From Kofleriaceae bacterium (GTDB lineage Bacteria > Myxococcota_A > Polyangia > Haliangiales > Haliangiaceae): 64,000 bases of DNA. Shown here one piece after another: positions 46,988 through 55,759 of the stretch (within the stretch, counting starts at the first letter, position 1; the number at the start of each line of letters is the position of its first letter). The position numbers and the translations under genes were made by a program. Where the stretch lies: contig JAGPCY010000020.1 in NCBI GenBank assembly GCA_018057825.1, positions 41,634 through 105,633 of the forward strand, written 5' to 3'. The notes beneath the pieces are model-generated. The model was not told the origin of the DNA. It was given only the letters and a program-made list of their open reading frames with translations, and made no database searches.

Positions 46988-47287
46988 ATGCCCATGCCGC
47001 TCGAGATCGTCGGCCTCGGTCAGCCCGAGGTCCGGTTTGTCTGGGACGAAGGTGACGAGGACCGGTGGCCGGCCCGCGCGCTGCGCCTGCGCTGCACCTG
47101 CGCCTACTGCCAATCCGAGACCACGGGCGAGCGCCTGCTCGATCCCGCGACCGTGCCGACCGACCTCACCGTCACCACCATGAACCTGGTCGGCAACTAC
47201 GGCGTGTCGATCGCGTTCTCCGACGGCCACTCGACCGGCATCTACCGATTCCGCGAGCTGTACGCCAACCGCCCGGGCCGGTCGTGA
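46988..47287 (+). CDS. DUF971 domain protein
   Basis: ..[38 protein letters not shown].. is typical of DUF971 (gamma-butyrobetaine hydroxylase-like N-terminal domain). Confidence 0.7.
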   Translation: MPMPLEIVGLGQPEVRFVWDEGDEDRWPARALRLRCTCAYCQSETTGERLLDPATVPTDLTVTTMNLVGNYGVSIAFSDGHSTGIYRFRELYANRPGRS

Positions 47288-47949
47288 CCCTCGACGATCT
47301 CCACGCGCTCCTCGAGGCCCGCGCCAGCGTGCGGGCCTTCGCGCCGACACCGCTGCCGCGCGCGCGCCTGACCGCGCTGTTCGCCACCGCGCAGCGCGCC
47401 GCATCGTGGTGCAACATCCAGCCGTGGCGGGTGGTGGTGACCGAGCCGCCGGCCACCGATCGGCTGCGCGCCGCGCTGACCGCGGCCGCGACCTCGGCGA
47501 TGCCGTCCCCCGAGCTGCCCATCCCCCTCGAGTACCCCGAGCCGTATCAGGCCCACCGCCGGGCCTCGGGGGGCGCGCTGTACCAAGCGATGGGGATCGC
47601 CCGCGACGACAAGGCCGGTCGGTTCACCGCCTTCCTGCGCAACTTCGCCCTGTTCGATGCGCCCCACGTCGCGGTGGTGTCGGTCGACCGCCGGCTCGGC
47701 CCCTACGCGTTGATCGACGTCGGCGTGTGGCTGGGCACGCTCCTCGCGGCCGCCGCCGCCGATGGGGTCGCGACCTGTCCCATGGCCTCGATCGCCACCC
47801 ACCCCAAGGTGCTGCGCGCCGCCCTGCCGATCGCCGAGGAGCACCAGGTGCTCTTCGGGCTGGCCCTGGGGCTGGCGGCCGACGCGCCGGCCAACGCCTG
47901 CCGCACCTCCCGGGCCCCCGTCGACGCCAACGTGACCTTCATCGCGTAG
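47284..47949 (+). CDS. Nitroreductase-family protein
   Basis: The GTG overlaps the upstream stop (GTGA). ..[23 protein letters not shown].. is a nitroreductase fold signature. Confidence 0.8.
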   Translation: MTLDDLHALLEARASVRAFAPTPLPRARLTALFATAQRAASWCNIQPWRVVVTEPPATDRLRAALTAAATSAMPSPELPIPLEYPEPYQAHRRASGGALYQAMGIARDDKAGRFTAFLRNFALFDAPHVAVVSVDRRLGPYALIDVGVWLGTLLAAAAADGVATCPMASIATHPKVLRAALPIAEEHQVLFGLALGLAADAPANACRTSRAPVDANVTFIA

Positions 47950-47982
47950 CGCCGCGCCGCCGCGCCGGATATCCTGCCGGCC

Positions 47983-49401
47983 ATGGTGCCACGCCTCGTC
48001 CTGGTCTTCCTCTCGCTCGCCGTCGCGCTGGGCACCGCCTCTGCCCAGCAGGGCGATCCGCTCCAGCGCGCCCAGGCCACCTTCGACGAGGCCCAGCGCA
48101 ACTACCAGGCCAAGAACTACGACCTCGCGGCCGAGGGCTTCAAGCGTTCGTACGAGGCGCGGCCGCTGCCGGTCGCGCTGTTCAACGCCGCCGCCGCCCA
48201 CCACATGAAGGGCAAGGGCTCGGGCGACGTCGCCGCCTACGAGCTGGCGGTGCAGTACTACCAGAAGTATCTCGACGCGGTGCCCGACGCCAAGGACCGT
48301 CCGGCGATCGAGAAGTCGATGGGCGTCCTGTCGGCCGAGATCGTGCGCATCAAGACCGCGGCGGCCGCCGCCGCCGGGGCCACGCCGCCGCCCGAGGCGA
48401 CCGCGCCGTCGGTCGAGGTCAACGCCCTCGGCGACGTCGCGACCCGCAGCCTGGTGGTGATCGAGACCGAGCCCCAGGGCGCCAACATCTACCTCGACGA
48501 CAAGAAGAACGGCGTCTTCGCGCAGACCCCGTGGTCGGGCTCCCTCGACGGTCAGCACCGCGTCTTGATCGAGAAGCGCGGCCACAAGGCCAAGGACGCC
48601 CTGGTCACCCCCGACCCCAATCGACTGGTGGTGCTGCAGGTGGTCCTGTCCGAGGAGGACTACCTCGGCTGGGTCGAGCTCAAGGCCAACGTCCCGGGGG
48701 CCCAGATCTTCGTCGACGACAAGGCCGCGGGCGCGATCGGGGTGACGCCGTACTCGGGCAACTTCAAGCCCGGCAAGCACCAGATCTGGATCGCCGCCGA
48801 TGGCTACGACGAGTTCACCCAGGAGATCGAGGTCGTGGCCGGTGAGACCCACGAGGTCGCGGCCAACCTGATCGGCGCGCCGGTCGGCTACCTGAACATC
48901 CAGGGCGCCAAGCTCGAGCGCGCCAAGGTCAAGGTCGACGGCAAGGTCCTGTGCGAGAAGGGCCCGTGCCGGGTCCCGGTGCGCCAGGGCAAGCGCACGA
49001 TCGTGATCTCGCGCGGCGGCTACAAGTCGTACCGAGCCAAGCTCGAGGTCCAAGCCAAGACCGAGCTGGTGATCACGCCGACCCTGGCGCCGACGCCGGG
49101 GCGCACCGACGCCGTCGTCGCCTACATCTTCGCCGGGCTCCTGGCCGGCGGCGCGACGGGCGCCTACCTCTACGCCGACAAGCTCGAGCCCGCCGACTCG
49201 CAGTACGACAACCGCAAGTACATCCGCTACGGCGCCTACGCCGGCTGGGGCCTGGCCGGCGTCGTCGGGCTGTCGGCGATCTACTACACCTTCCGCGACA
49301 AGGGCCCGCCGTCGCGCGGCACCGTCGACGTCCGCGCCCTCGCCTTGTCGCCGGTGGTCGGCCGCGAGTTCGCGGGCCTGTCGGTCGGCGGCGGATTCTA
49401 G
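47983..49401 (+). CDS. PEGA-domain envelope protein with N-terminal TPR-like region and C-terminal TM segment (paralog 1)
   Basis: Signal peptide. Repeated PEGA units (..ETEPQGANIYLDDKKNG.., ..ANVPGAQIFVDDKAAG.., ..GKVLCEKGPCRVPV..). C-terminal TM plus YYTFRDKG. Confidence 0.8.
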   Translation: MVPRLVLVFLSLAVALGTASAQQGDPLQRAQATFDEAQRNYQAKNYDLAAEGFKRSYEARPLPVALFNAAAAHHMKGKGSGDVAAYELAVQYYQKYLDAVPDAKDRPAIEKSMGVLSAEIVRIKTAAAAAAGATPPPEATAPSVEVNALGDVATRSLVVIETEPQGANIYLDDKKNGVFAQTPWSGSLDGQHRVLIEKRGHKAKDALVTPDPNRLVVLQVVLSEEDYLGWVELKANVPGAQIFVDDKAAGAIGVTPYSGNFKPGKHQIWIAADGYDEFTQEIEVVAGETHEVAANLIGAPVGYLNIQGAKLERAKVKVDGKVLCEKGPCRVPVRQGKRTIVISRGGYKSYRAKLEVQAKTELVITPTLAPTPGRTDAVVAYIFAGLLAGGATGAYLYADKLEPADSQYDNRKYIRYGAYAGWGLAGVVGLSAIYYTFRDKGPPSRGTVDVRALALSPVVGREFAGLSVGGGF

Positions 49402-49405
49402 GGGC

Positions 49406-49733
49406 GGTCTCGGTCTCGGCCTCGGTCTCGGCCTCGGTCTCGGCCTCGGTCTCGGCCTCGGTCTCGGTCTCGGCCTCGGCCTCGGCCTCGGCCTCGGACT
49501 CGGACTCGGACTCGGACTCGGCCTCGGTCTCGGTCTCGGTCTCGGTCTCGTCTCGGTCTCGGGTTCGGTCTCGGGTTCGGACTCGGACTCGGACTCGGAC
49601 TCGGACTCGGACCTCGGACTCGGTCACGGTCTCGGTCTCGGGTTCCCGTTCCCGTTCCGGTTCCCGTTCCGGTTCCCGTTCCCGATCCCGTTCCCGTCCC
49701 CGTTCCCGTTCCCGTTCCCGTTCCCGTTCCCGC
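49406..49733 (-). repeat. Intergenic composite hexanucleotide tandem array: (GGTCTC/GGCCTC)n, (GGACTC)n, (GTTCCC)n, i.e. the reverse complement of the GAGRCS family; array 4 of 4
   Basis: It starts immediately after the stop of PEGA paralog 1 and ends about 165 bp before paralog 2. It is inverted relative to arrays 1-3. Confidence 0.95.
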
Positions 49734-49897
49734 TCGGCCTCGCCGCCCTCGGGTGAGGTCGGGCGATCGAGCGATCTCGTGCGCTCGGTCGCACATCGTC
49801 CTCCCGCAGTGGCGAAGCCACGACGGCCGGGATATCTTCCCTCATCGTCCCGCAGCACCGCGGCCATTGCGGCCTCGGTCGCGGGACCCGAGGCCTC

Positions 49898-51391
49898 ATG
49901 AGACTACGCATCGCGCTCCTGTCTGCGTTCGCGCTCGCGATCGGATTCTTGACCGGGCTGCCCGGCCGGGCCCAGGCCCAGGGCGACCCGTGGAAGGCGG
50001 CCCAGGCGGCCTTCAACCAGGGCGAGACCTACTACCTGTCGGGCAAGTTCGACGAGGCGGCCGACCACTTCAAGAAGGCCTACGAGGCGCGGCCGATGCC
50101 GCAGTTCCTCTACAACATCGCGGCGTCCTTCCACATGAAGGGCAAGAAGGCCGCGGACCCGGCGTCCTACGACAAGAGCGCCGAGTACTACGCCCGCTAC
50201 CTGACCGAGGCGCCCAACGCCAAGGACAAGGCCCAGGTCGAGAAGACCATCGCGGTCCTCAAGGCCGAGGCCGAGCGCCTGCGGGCCGCCGCCGCCGCCG
50301 CTGCCACCCAGCCCAGCGACCCGACCACGCCGCCGCCGCCCCCGCCGGCGCCGTCGGCCGAGATCGAGCAGCTCGGCGAGATCAAGTACCGCGGCCTGGT
50401 GGTCATCGAGAGCGAGCCCCAGGGCGCCAACATCTACATCGACGGCAAGGAGAAGGGCCCGTTCGCGCAGACGCCGTGGTCGGGCTCGATGGACGGCGAG
50501 TTCCAGTACCTGGTCGAGAAGCGCGGCTACAAGAGCAAGGAGGGCCGGACCGCCGCCGACCCGTCGAAGCTCTTGCTCCTGCAGATCGTGCTGTCCGAGG
50601 AGGACTACCTCGGGTGGCTCGAGATCAAGTCGAACGTCCCGGGCGCGACCATCTACCTCGACGACAAGAACGTCGGACCGATCGGCAAGACTCCGTACTC
50701 GGGCAACTTCAAGCCGGGCAAGCACAAGGTGTGGATCGAGGCCGACGGCTACGAGACCACCGAGCACGACATCGAGATCATCGCCGGCGAGGCCGCCGAG
50801 ATCACCTCGACCCTCAAGGGCTCGCCGGTCGGCTACCTGTACGTGCGCGGCCCCGGCATCGAGTCGAGCTCGATCTACCTCGACGGCAAGCTGCTGTGCG
50901 AGCGCGGCCCGTGCCGCAAGCCGGTCAAGGAGGGGCGCCACAAGGTGTCGGTCCGCCGCAGTGGCTACAAGCCGTACACGACGACGATCGAGGTCCAGGC
51001 CAAGACCGAGCTCAACCTCAAGGCCGAGCTGGCCAAGAAGCCGGGCCGCGGCGACGCCGTGGTCGCCTACGTGTTCGCCGGGCTGTTCGCCGGCGGCGGG
51101 GTGTACCTCGGCCTGCAGGCCCAGAACCTCGAGAAGGAGCTCGAGGACGCGGTCGCCAACGGCAACCCGCCCCTCGACCAGAACGATCCGCGCTTCGACC
51201 GCGGCAAGTACTTCGCGATCGGCGCCAACGCCGCCTACGGCGTGGCCGGCCTGCTCGGCCTCGCGGCGATCTACTACACCTTCCGCGACAAGGGCCGGCC
51301 GTCGATCGGCGTGGTCGACGTCCGCGCCCTGACCCTGGTCCCCTCGGTTGGCCCCAACTACGCCGGCCTGAACATGGAGACGTCATGGTGA
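49898..51391 (+). CDS. PEGA-domain envelope protein (paralog 2)
   Basis: Collinear with 47983..49401 (same TPR-like N-terminus, three PEGA units, TM, YYTFRDKGRPS). Confidence 0.8.
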   Translation: MRLRIALLSAFALAIGFLTGLPGRAQAQGDPWKAAQAAFNQGETYYLSGKFDEAADHFKKAYEARPMPQFLYNIAASFHMKGKKAADPASYDKSAEYYARYLTEAPNAKDKAQVEKTIAVLKAEAERLRAAAAAAATQPSDPTTPPPPPPAPSAEIEQLGEIKYRGLVVIESEPQGANIYIDGKEKGPFAQTPWSGSMDGEFQYLVEKRGYKSKEGRTAADPSKLLLLQIVLSEEDYLGWLEIKSNVPGATIYLDDKNVGPIGKTPYSGNFKPGKHKVWIEADGYETTEHDIEIIAGEAAEITSTLKGSPVGYLYVRGPGIESSSIYLDGKLLCERGPCRKPVKEGRHKVSVRRSGYKPYTTTIEVQAKTELNLKAELAKKPGRGDAVVAYVFAGLFAGGGVYLGLQAQNLEKELEDAVANGNPPLDQNDPRFDRGKYFAIGANAAYGVAGLLGLAAIYYTFRDKGRPSIGVVDVRALTLVPSVGPNYAGLNMETSW

Positions 51392-52797
51392 TCCGCACTC
51401 GCACCGCCCTGGCGGTCGCCCTCGTCGGCGCCGGCGCCTGCAACTGGACCAGCTTCGACGACCTGCGCGACGAGGTGTGGGTCGAGCGGGTCGACAAGCC
51501 CAACGACTCGCGGCTCTACGGCGTCGCGGTCGGCGCGCTGCCGGTGACGCCCCAGACCGCGGCGACCGCGGGCGCCAACCTGGTCGTGCTCGGACGCTCG
51601 TCGGTCTCGGTGTCGACCCTGCGCTACGACCAGGCCGGCAAGCGGACCACGGCGACGGTGGCGGGCACGGAGCTGCTCCAGGGCCTGCAGTTCGACGAGC
51701 TGCCGCTCAAGCCGGCGATGGCGGTCGACCCGACCACCCGACCCGACGTCGAAGGCCGCCCGCAGAACCACCGGATCGCCTTCGGCGGCGCGACCGGCAA
51801 CAACCAAGCTGGCCAGGGCTTCGTCGCGATCATGGACGGCGATGACCTCCGCAACCTGGTGGCGGTGCCGCGGATCCTCGGCCAGGCCGGCGACAACGGC
51901 GAGGTCGCGCGGATGCGGCCGACCGGGCTGGCCTTCGTCGACGTCCCCGAGACCGGCGGCACGACCGCCGGCTTCCCCAACCGCCCGGAGCTGGGCGATC
52001 TCGTCTACGCCCGCGGTACCCAGCTCGGCGCGCTCCTCGACTTTGGCGACTCGACCCGGGTCACCACCGACTACCCGGAGTGCGCCCAGGCCAACACCGC
52101 CGACTACGACACCGCGACCGAGCTGGTGGTCGCCGACCTCAACTCCAACGCCGGCCTCGAGGTGGCGGTCGGCATGGGGCCGGCCGACGGCAACCAGGGC
52201 GTGCCGACCTCCGAGATCCGGATCTACTCCCTGGACTCGATCATCCTGACCGGCTCGACGATCGCCACCCCTGGCGCGTGCGGAACCCCCGGCGCGCCGC
52301 TCGCGGTGCCGTCGTTCGACGCCGGCTACGCGATGCTCGGGGTCAAGTTCGACAAGGACGCCGCCTACAGCGACCTGGTGTACTCGGCGCCCAGCATCAA
52401 CACCGTCTACATCCTGCTGGCGGGCCAGCCCGCGCCGATCCAGCTCACGGTGCCGACCACCGGTTCGTACTTCGGGTACGCGCTGGCGGCGGGTGATCTC
52501 GACGGCGACGACTACCCCGAGCTGGTGGTCGGCGCGCCGCGGTCCGACGTCGACGGCACCACCGACGCCGGCGCGGTGTTCATCTACAAGTACGATCTGA
52601 CCAATCGCAACTTCACGCTGGTCGACGGCACGTCGATCAGCCCGTCGAGCCCGAGCGCGTCCGAGCAGTTCGGCAAGAGCGTGGCCGTCGCGCCCTGGGG
52701 GCCGGCCGGCGGCAACATCCTGGTGGTCGGCGCCGAGGGCAAGGTCTTCACGTACTTCCGCACCTCGCTGTACGACGACGTGCGGACCGGACGCTGA
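51385..52797 (+). CDS. FG-GAP repeat (integrin-alpha-like) lipoprotein
   Basis: The ATG overlaps the upstream stop (ATGGTGA). Signal plus lipobox (ALVGAGAC). ..LAAGDLDGDDYPELVVGAPRSDVDG.. is an FG-GAP unit. Confidence 0.75.
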   Translation: MVIRTRTALAVALVGAGACNWTSFDDLRDEVWVERVDKPNDSRLYGVAVGALPVTPQTAATAGANLVVLGRSSVSVSTLRYDQAGKRTTATVAGTELLQGLQFDELPLKPAMAVDPTTRPDVEGRPQNHRIAFGGATGNNQAGQGFVAIMDGDDLRNLVAVPRILGQAGDNGEVARMRPTGLAFVDVPETGGTTAGFPNRPELGDLVYARGTQLGALLDFGDSTRVTTDYPECAQANTADYDTATELVVADLNSNAGLEVAVGMGPADGNQGVPTSEIRIYSLDSIILTGSTIATPGACGTPGAPLAVPSFDAGYAMLGVKFDKDAAYSDLVYSAPSINTVYILLAGQPAPIQLTVPTTGSYFGYALAAGDLDGDDYPELVVGAPRSDVDGTTDAGAVFIYKYDLTNRNFTLVDGTSISPSSPSASEQFGKSVAVAPWGPAGGNILVVGAEGKVFTYFRTSLYDDVRTGR

Positions 52798-52801
52798 CCG
52801 C

Positions 52802-54751
52802 GTGCCCCAGTTCTGGTGCCCGAGCTGTCACCAGTTCTATAGCGAGACCGGGTACTGCCCGTTCGATGGCGCCCGGCTGTCGATCCCGCCCGACTCGCTG
52901 TCGCATCCGGTCAAGGCGGTCTCGGCCCACGAGGAGATCGACGCCGCGGCCCTGGCGCTGCAGGCCGCCGATCAGAAGGCGGTCTACGACCGCCTGGTCG
53001 GGGTCACCCTCGACGGTCGCTACCTGATCGAGCGCAAGATCGGCGAGGGCGGCATGGGCGTCGTGTTCGCCGCGCGCCATCTGGTGATCGAGCGGCCGCT
53101 CGCGGTCAAGGTCCTGAAGCGCGAGGTCGCGCGCGACTCCAGCACGATCAAGCGCTTCGTCCAGGAGGCCAAGGCGGCGTCGCGCATCGGCCACCCCAAC
53201 ATCGTCGACGTCACCGACTTCGGCTCCACCCCCGACGGGCTGACCTACTCGGTGATGGAGTACGTCGACGGCAAGACCCTGTCGGCGACGATCAAGCTGT
53301 CGGCGCCCCTGCCGGCCGAGCGGGCCCTGGCGATCGCGGCCCAGATCGCCCAGGCCCTGGGCGCGGCCCACGACAAGGGCATCGTCCACCGCGACCTGAA
53401 GCCGGAGAACGTGTTTCTCATCAATCGCGATGGACGTCGCGATTTCGTAAAAATCGTCGATTTCGGGATCGCCAAGGTCACGCCGCTGGACGCCAGCGGC
53501 GCGGTCGCGCCCAACCCCGACGGGCCGCGCCTGACCCGAGCCGGCGCGGTCTTCGGCACGCCTGAGTACATGGCGCCGGAGCAGGCGGCCGGTCGCAGCG
53601 ACACCGACGGCCGGGTCGACGTCTACGCCCTGGGCACGATCCTCTACGAGATGTTGACCGGGCGGGTGCCGCACAAGTCCGAGAGCATGGTCCGGACCCT
53701 GGCCATGCAGATGCTCGATCCGATCGAGCCGCCGTCGAAGGTCCGCCCCGATCTGCCGATCGATCCCGAGTTCGAGGCGGTGGTGATGAAGGCCCTGGCC
53801 AAGAAGCGCGAGCAGCGCTACGCGACCATGGGCGAGTTCCTGGCCGCGATCACCGGCGCCGCCAAGGGCGTCGACCTGGCCCAGCCGGTGTCGACCAGCG
53901 TCACCGCGCGGTCGCTGTCCGCTGGGGTCTTGCAGCCGCTGCCGCCGGGGATGGCGTCGTCGCCCGACGCCACCACGGTCCGGCCGGCCCGCGAGTCGAA
54001 GCCGCCGCCGTCGAAGCCGCCGCCGCCGCTGGCGCCGACCACCGCGACCGGCGACCTGGTGCCGCGCTTCACCGATCGCTCGCTCCACGATCCGGTGTTC
54101 GTCGCCACGGCGACTCAGGAGCCGCGCCTCACCCTCGAGCCGCCGCTGCCCGAGCCCGAGCCCGAGCCGGGCCGGCGCTGGCTCCTGGCGCTCGTGGCGA
54201 TCCTGGTGATGGGCGGCATCGGGGTCGGGCTGGCGATCGCCCTCAAGCGGTCGCGCGGCTCCGTCGCGCCGCCGGCCGACGCCGGCCCGCCACCGACCGA
54301 CGCGCGCACGGTCTTCGAGTACGACCTCGACGGCGGCCCGCCGCCGACCGATGCCCGCGTGCCCGGGCCGGGGCCCCGCCCGCGCCGCGACGCCGGCGAC
54401 CTGGCCGCGCCCGGGGACGACGCCGGCCCGCCCGGCCCGCCCGGGCCCCGACCCGACGCCGGACGGACCATGGGGCGGACGCCCGAGGAGCGTGGCACCG
54501 TGGTCATCGAGGTGCTGACCAAGCCCGACGGCGGCATCCTGTTTCACGGCACCAGCTACCGCGGCCCGGCCGGCACCAACGTCGAGGAGAAGCGCGGCAC
54601 CCGGATGAAGCTGCGCTGCACGCTGCCCGGCTACCAGCCCGGCTACGTCGAGCTGGTGTTCGACGGCGAGTCCGACATCGCGATCTGCGTGATGAAGCGC
54701 TTGCCGTGCATCGACGGTCTGAAGGATCCGTTCCAGGATTGTCCGGACTGA
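52802..54751 (+). CDS. Ser/Thr protein kinase with N-terminal zinc-ribbon-like CxxC pair, TM segment and C-terminal PEGA-like domain
   Basis: CPSCHQFYSETGYCPFDG, then kinase subdomains (GEGGMGVVFAA..AVKVL..HRDLKPENVFL..DFGIAK..GTPEYMAPEQ). A TM at about 450. The C-terminus (VIEVLTKPDGGILFHGTSY) is PEGA-like. Confidence 0.9.
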   Translation: MPQFWCPSCHQFYSETGYCPFDGARLSIPPDSLSHPVKAVSAHEEIDAAALALQAADQKAVYDRLVGVTLDGRYLIERKIGEGGMGVVFAARHLVIERPLAVKVLKREVARDSSTIKRFVQEAKAASRIGHPNIVDVTDFGSTPDGLTYSVMEYVDGKTLSATIKLSAPLPAERALAIAAQIAQALGAAHDKGIVHRDLKPENVFLINRDGRRDFVKIVDFGIAKVTPLDASGAVAPNPDGPRLTRAGAVFGTPEYMAPEQAAGRSDTDGRVDVYALGTILYEMLTGRVPHKSESMVRTLAMQMLDPIEPPSKVRPDLPIDPEFEAVVMKALAKKREQRYATMGEFLAAITGAAKGVDLAQPVSTSVTARSLSAGVLQPLPPGMASSPDATTVRPARESKPPPSKPPPPLAPTTATGDLVPRFTDRSLHDPVFVATATQEPRLTLEPPLPEPEPEPGRRWLLALVAILVMGGIGVGLAIALKRSRGSVAPPADAGPPPTDARTVFEYDLDGGPPPTDARVPGPGPRPRRDAGDLAAPGDDAGPPGPPGPRPDAGRTMGRTPEERGTVVIEVLTKPDGGILFHGTSYRGPAGTNVEEKRGTRMKLRCTLPGYQPGYVELVFDGESDIAICVMKRLPCIDGLKDPFQDCPD

Positions 54752-55743
54752 TGCCGCCGCCCCGCCCGTGGCTCACCTATGCGCTGATCGCGGCCAACCT
54801 GATCTGCTTCGCGATCAGCGTCGCCGCCGGGCTATCGCCGATCAACCCCGACGGCCGACGCCTGCTCGAGGTCGGCGGCAACCTGGGCGCCCTCACGCTC
54901 GAGGGTGAGCCGTGGCGCCTGGTGACCGCGGCCTTCCTCCACGCCGGCGTGGCCCACCTGGCGATGAACATGCTGGCGCTCTTCGACGGCGGTCGGCAGA
55001 TCGAGGCGATCTACGGCCGGGCTGGCCTGGGGGCGATCTACGCCAGCGCCGGTCTGGTCGGCGGCCTGGCCAGCGCGCTGCGCGGCGCGGCGGTGTCGGT
55101 CGGCGCGTCGGGTGCGATCTTCGGCCTGTTCGGCGCCTTCGCCGGGTTCCTGCTGCGCCACCGCGATCGCCTCGATCCGCTGGCGGTGCGTGCGGCCGGA
55201 CGAGGGCTCCTCATGCTGCTCGGCTTCAACCTGGTGCTCGGGGTGTCGCTGCCGGGCATCGACATGATGGCCCACCTGGGCGGCGCGATCGGCGGCGCGC
55301 TGGCGGGCTGGGCGATCGAGCGCGCGCCCCGCGGCTGGTCGCTGGCCCGACGGTCGATCGTGGTCGCGGCGGCCGCGGTCGCGGTCGTCGGCGCGGCGGT
55401 GCTGGTGGCGCCGACGCCGCGGGCCGACGTGCCGGTGGTCGTCGCCGAGTTCTTCGAGGTCGACGCCCAGGCGGCGGCGCGGCTGAGCGAGCTGCTCAGT
55501 GACGAGCGCATGCCGATCGCGGCCAGGGTCGAGGCGCTCGAGCGCGAGGTCGGCGAGCCGTATCGCGCGGCCCGCCGGCAGCTCGAGGACGGCGCCCTCG
55601 ACGAGCGCTGGTCGCGGCTGCGCCGGGTCGCGCGCGCCCGCGAGCAGGCCCTGACCGACGTGATCGCCGGGGTGCGGGCCAACGACCGCGATCGGATCAG
55701 CGCCGCGGTCGACGCCTGGGGGGCCTCCGTCGACCTCCCATGA
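54751..55743 (+). CDS. Rhomboid-family intramembrane serine protease
   Basis: ..FLHAGVAHLAMNMLAL.. and the GASGAIFGLFGAF catalytic Ser motif. The ATG overlaps the kinase stop (TGATG). Confidence 0.85.
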   Translation: MPPPRPWLTYALIAANLICFAISVAAGLSPINPDGRRLLEVGGNLGALTLEGEPWRLVTAAFLHAGVAHLAMNMLALFDGGRQIEAIYGRAGLGAIYASAGLVGGLASALRGAAVSVGASGAIFGLFGAFAGFLLRHRDRLDPLAVRAAGRGLLMLLGFNLVLGVSLPGIDMMAHLGGAIGGALAGWAIERAPRGWSLARRSIVVAAAAVAVVGAAVLVAPTPRADVPVVVAEFFEVDAQAAARLSELLSDERMPIAARVEALEREVGEPYRAARRQLEDGALDERWSRLRRVARAREQALTDVIAGVRANDRDRISAAVDAWGASVDLP

Positions 55744-55759
55744 TCGGCGATGGCCTGGG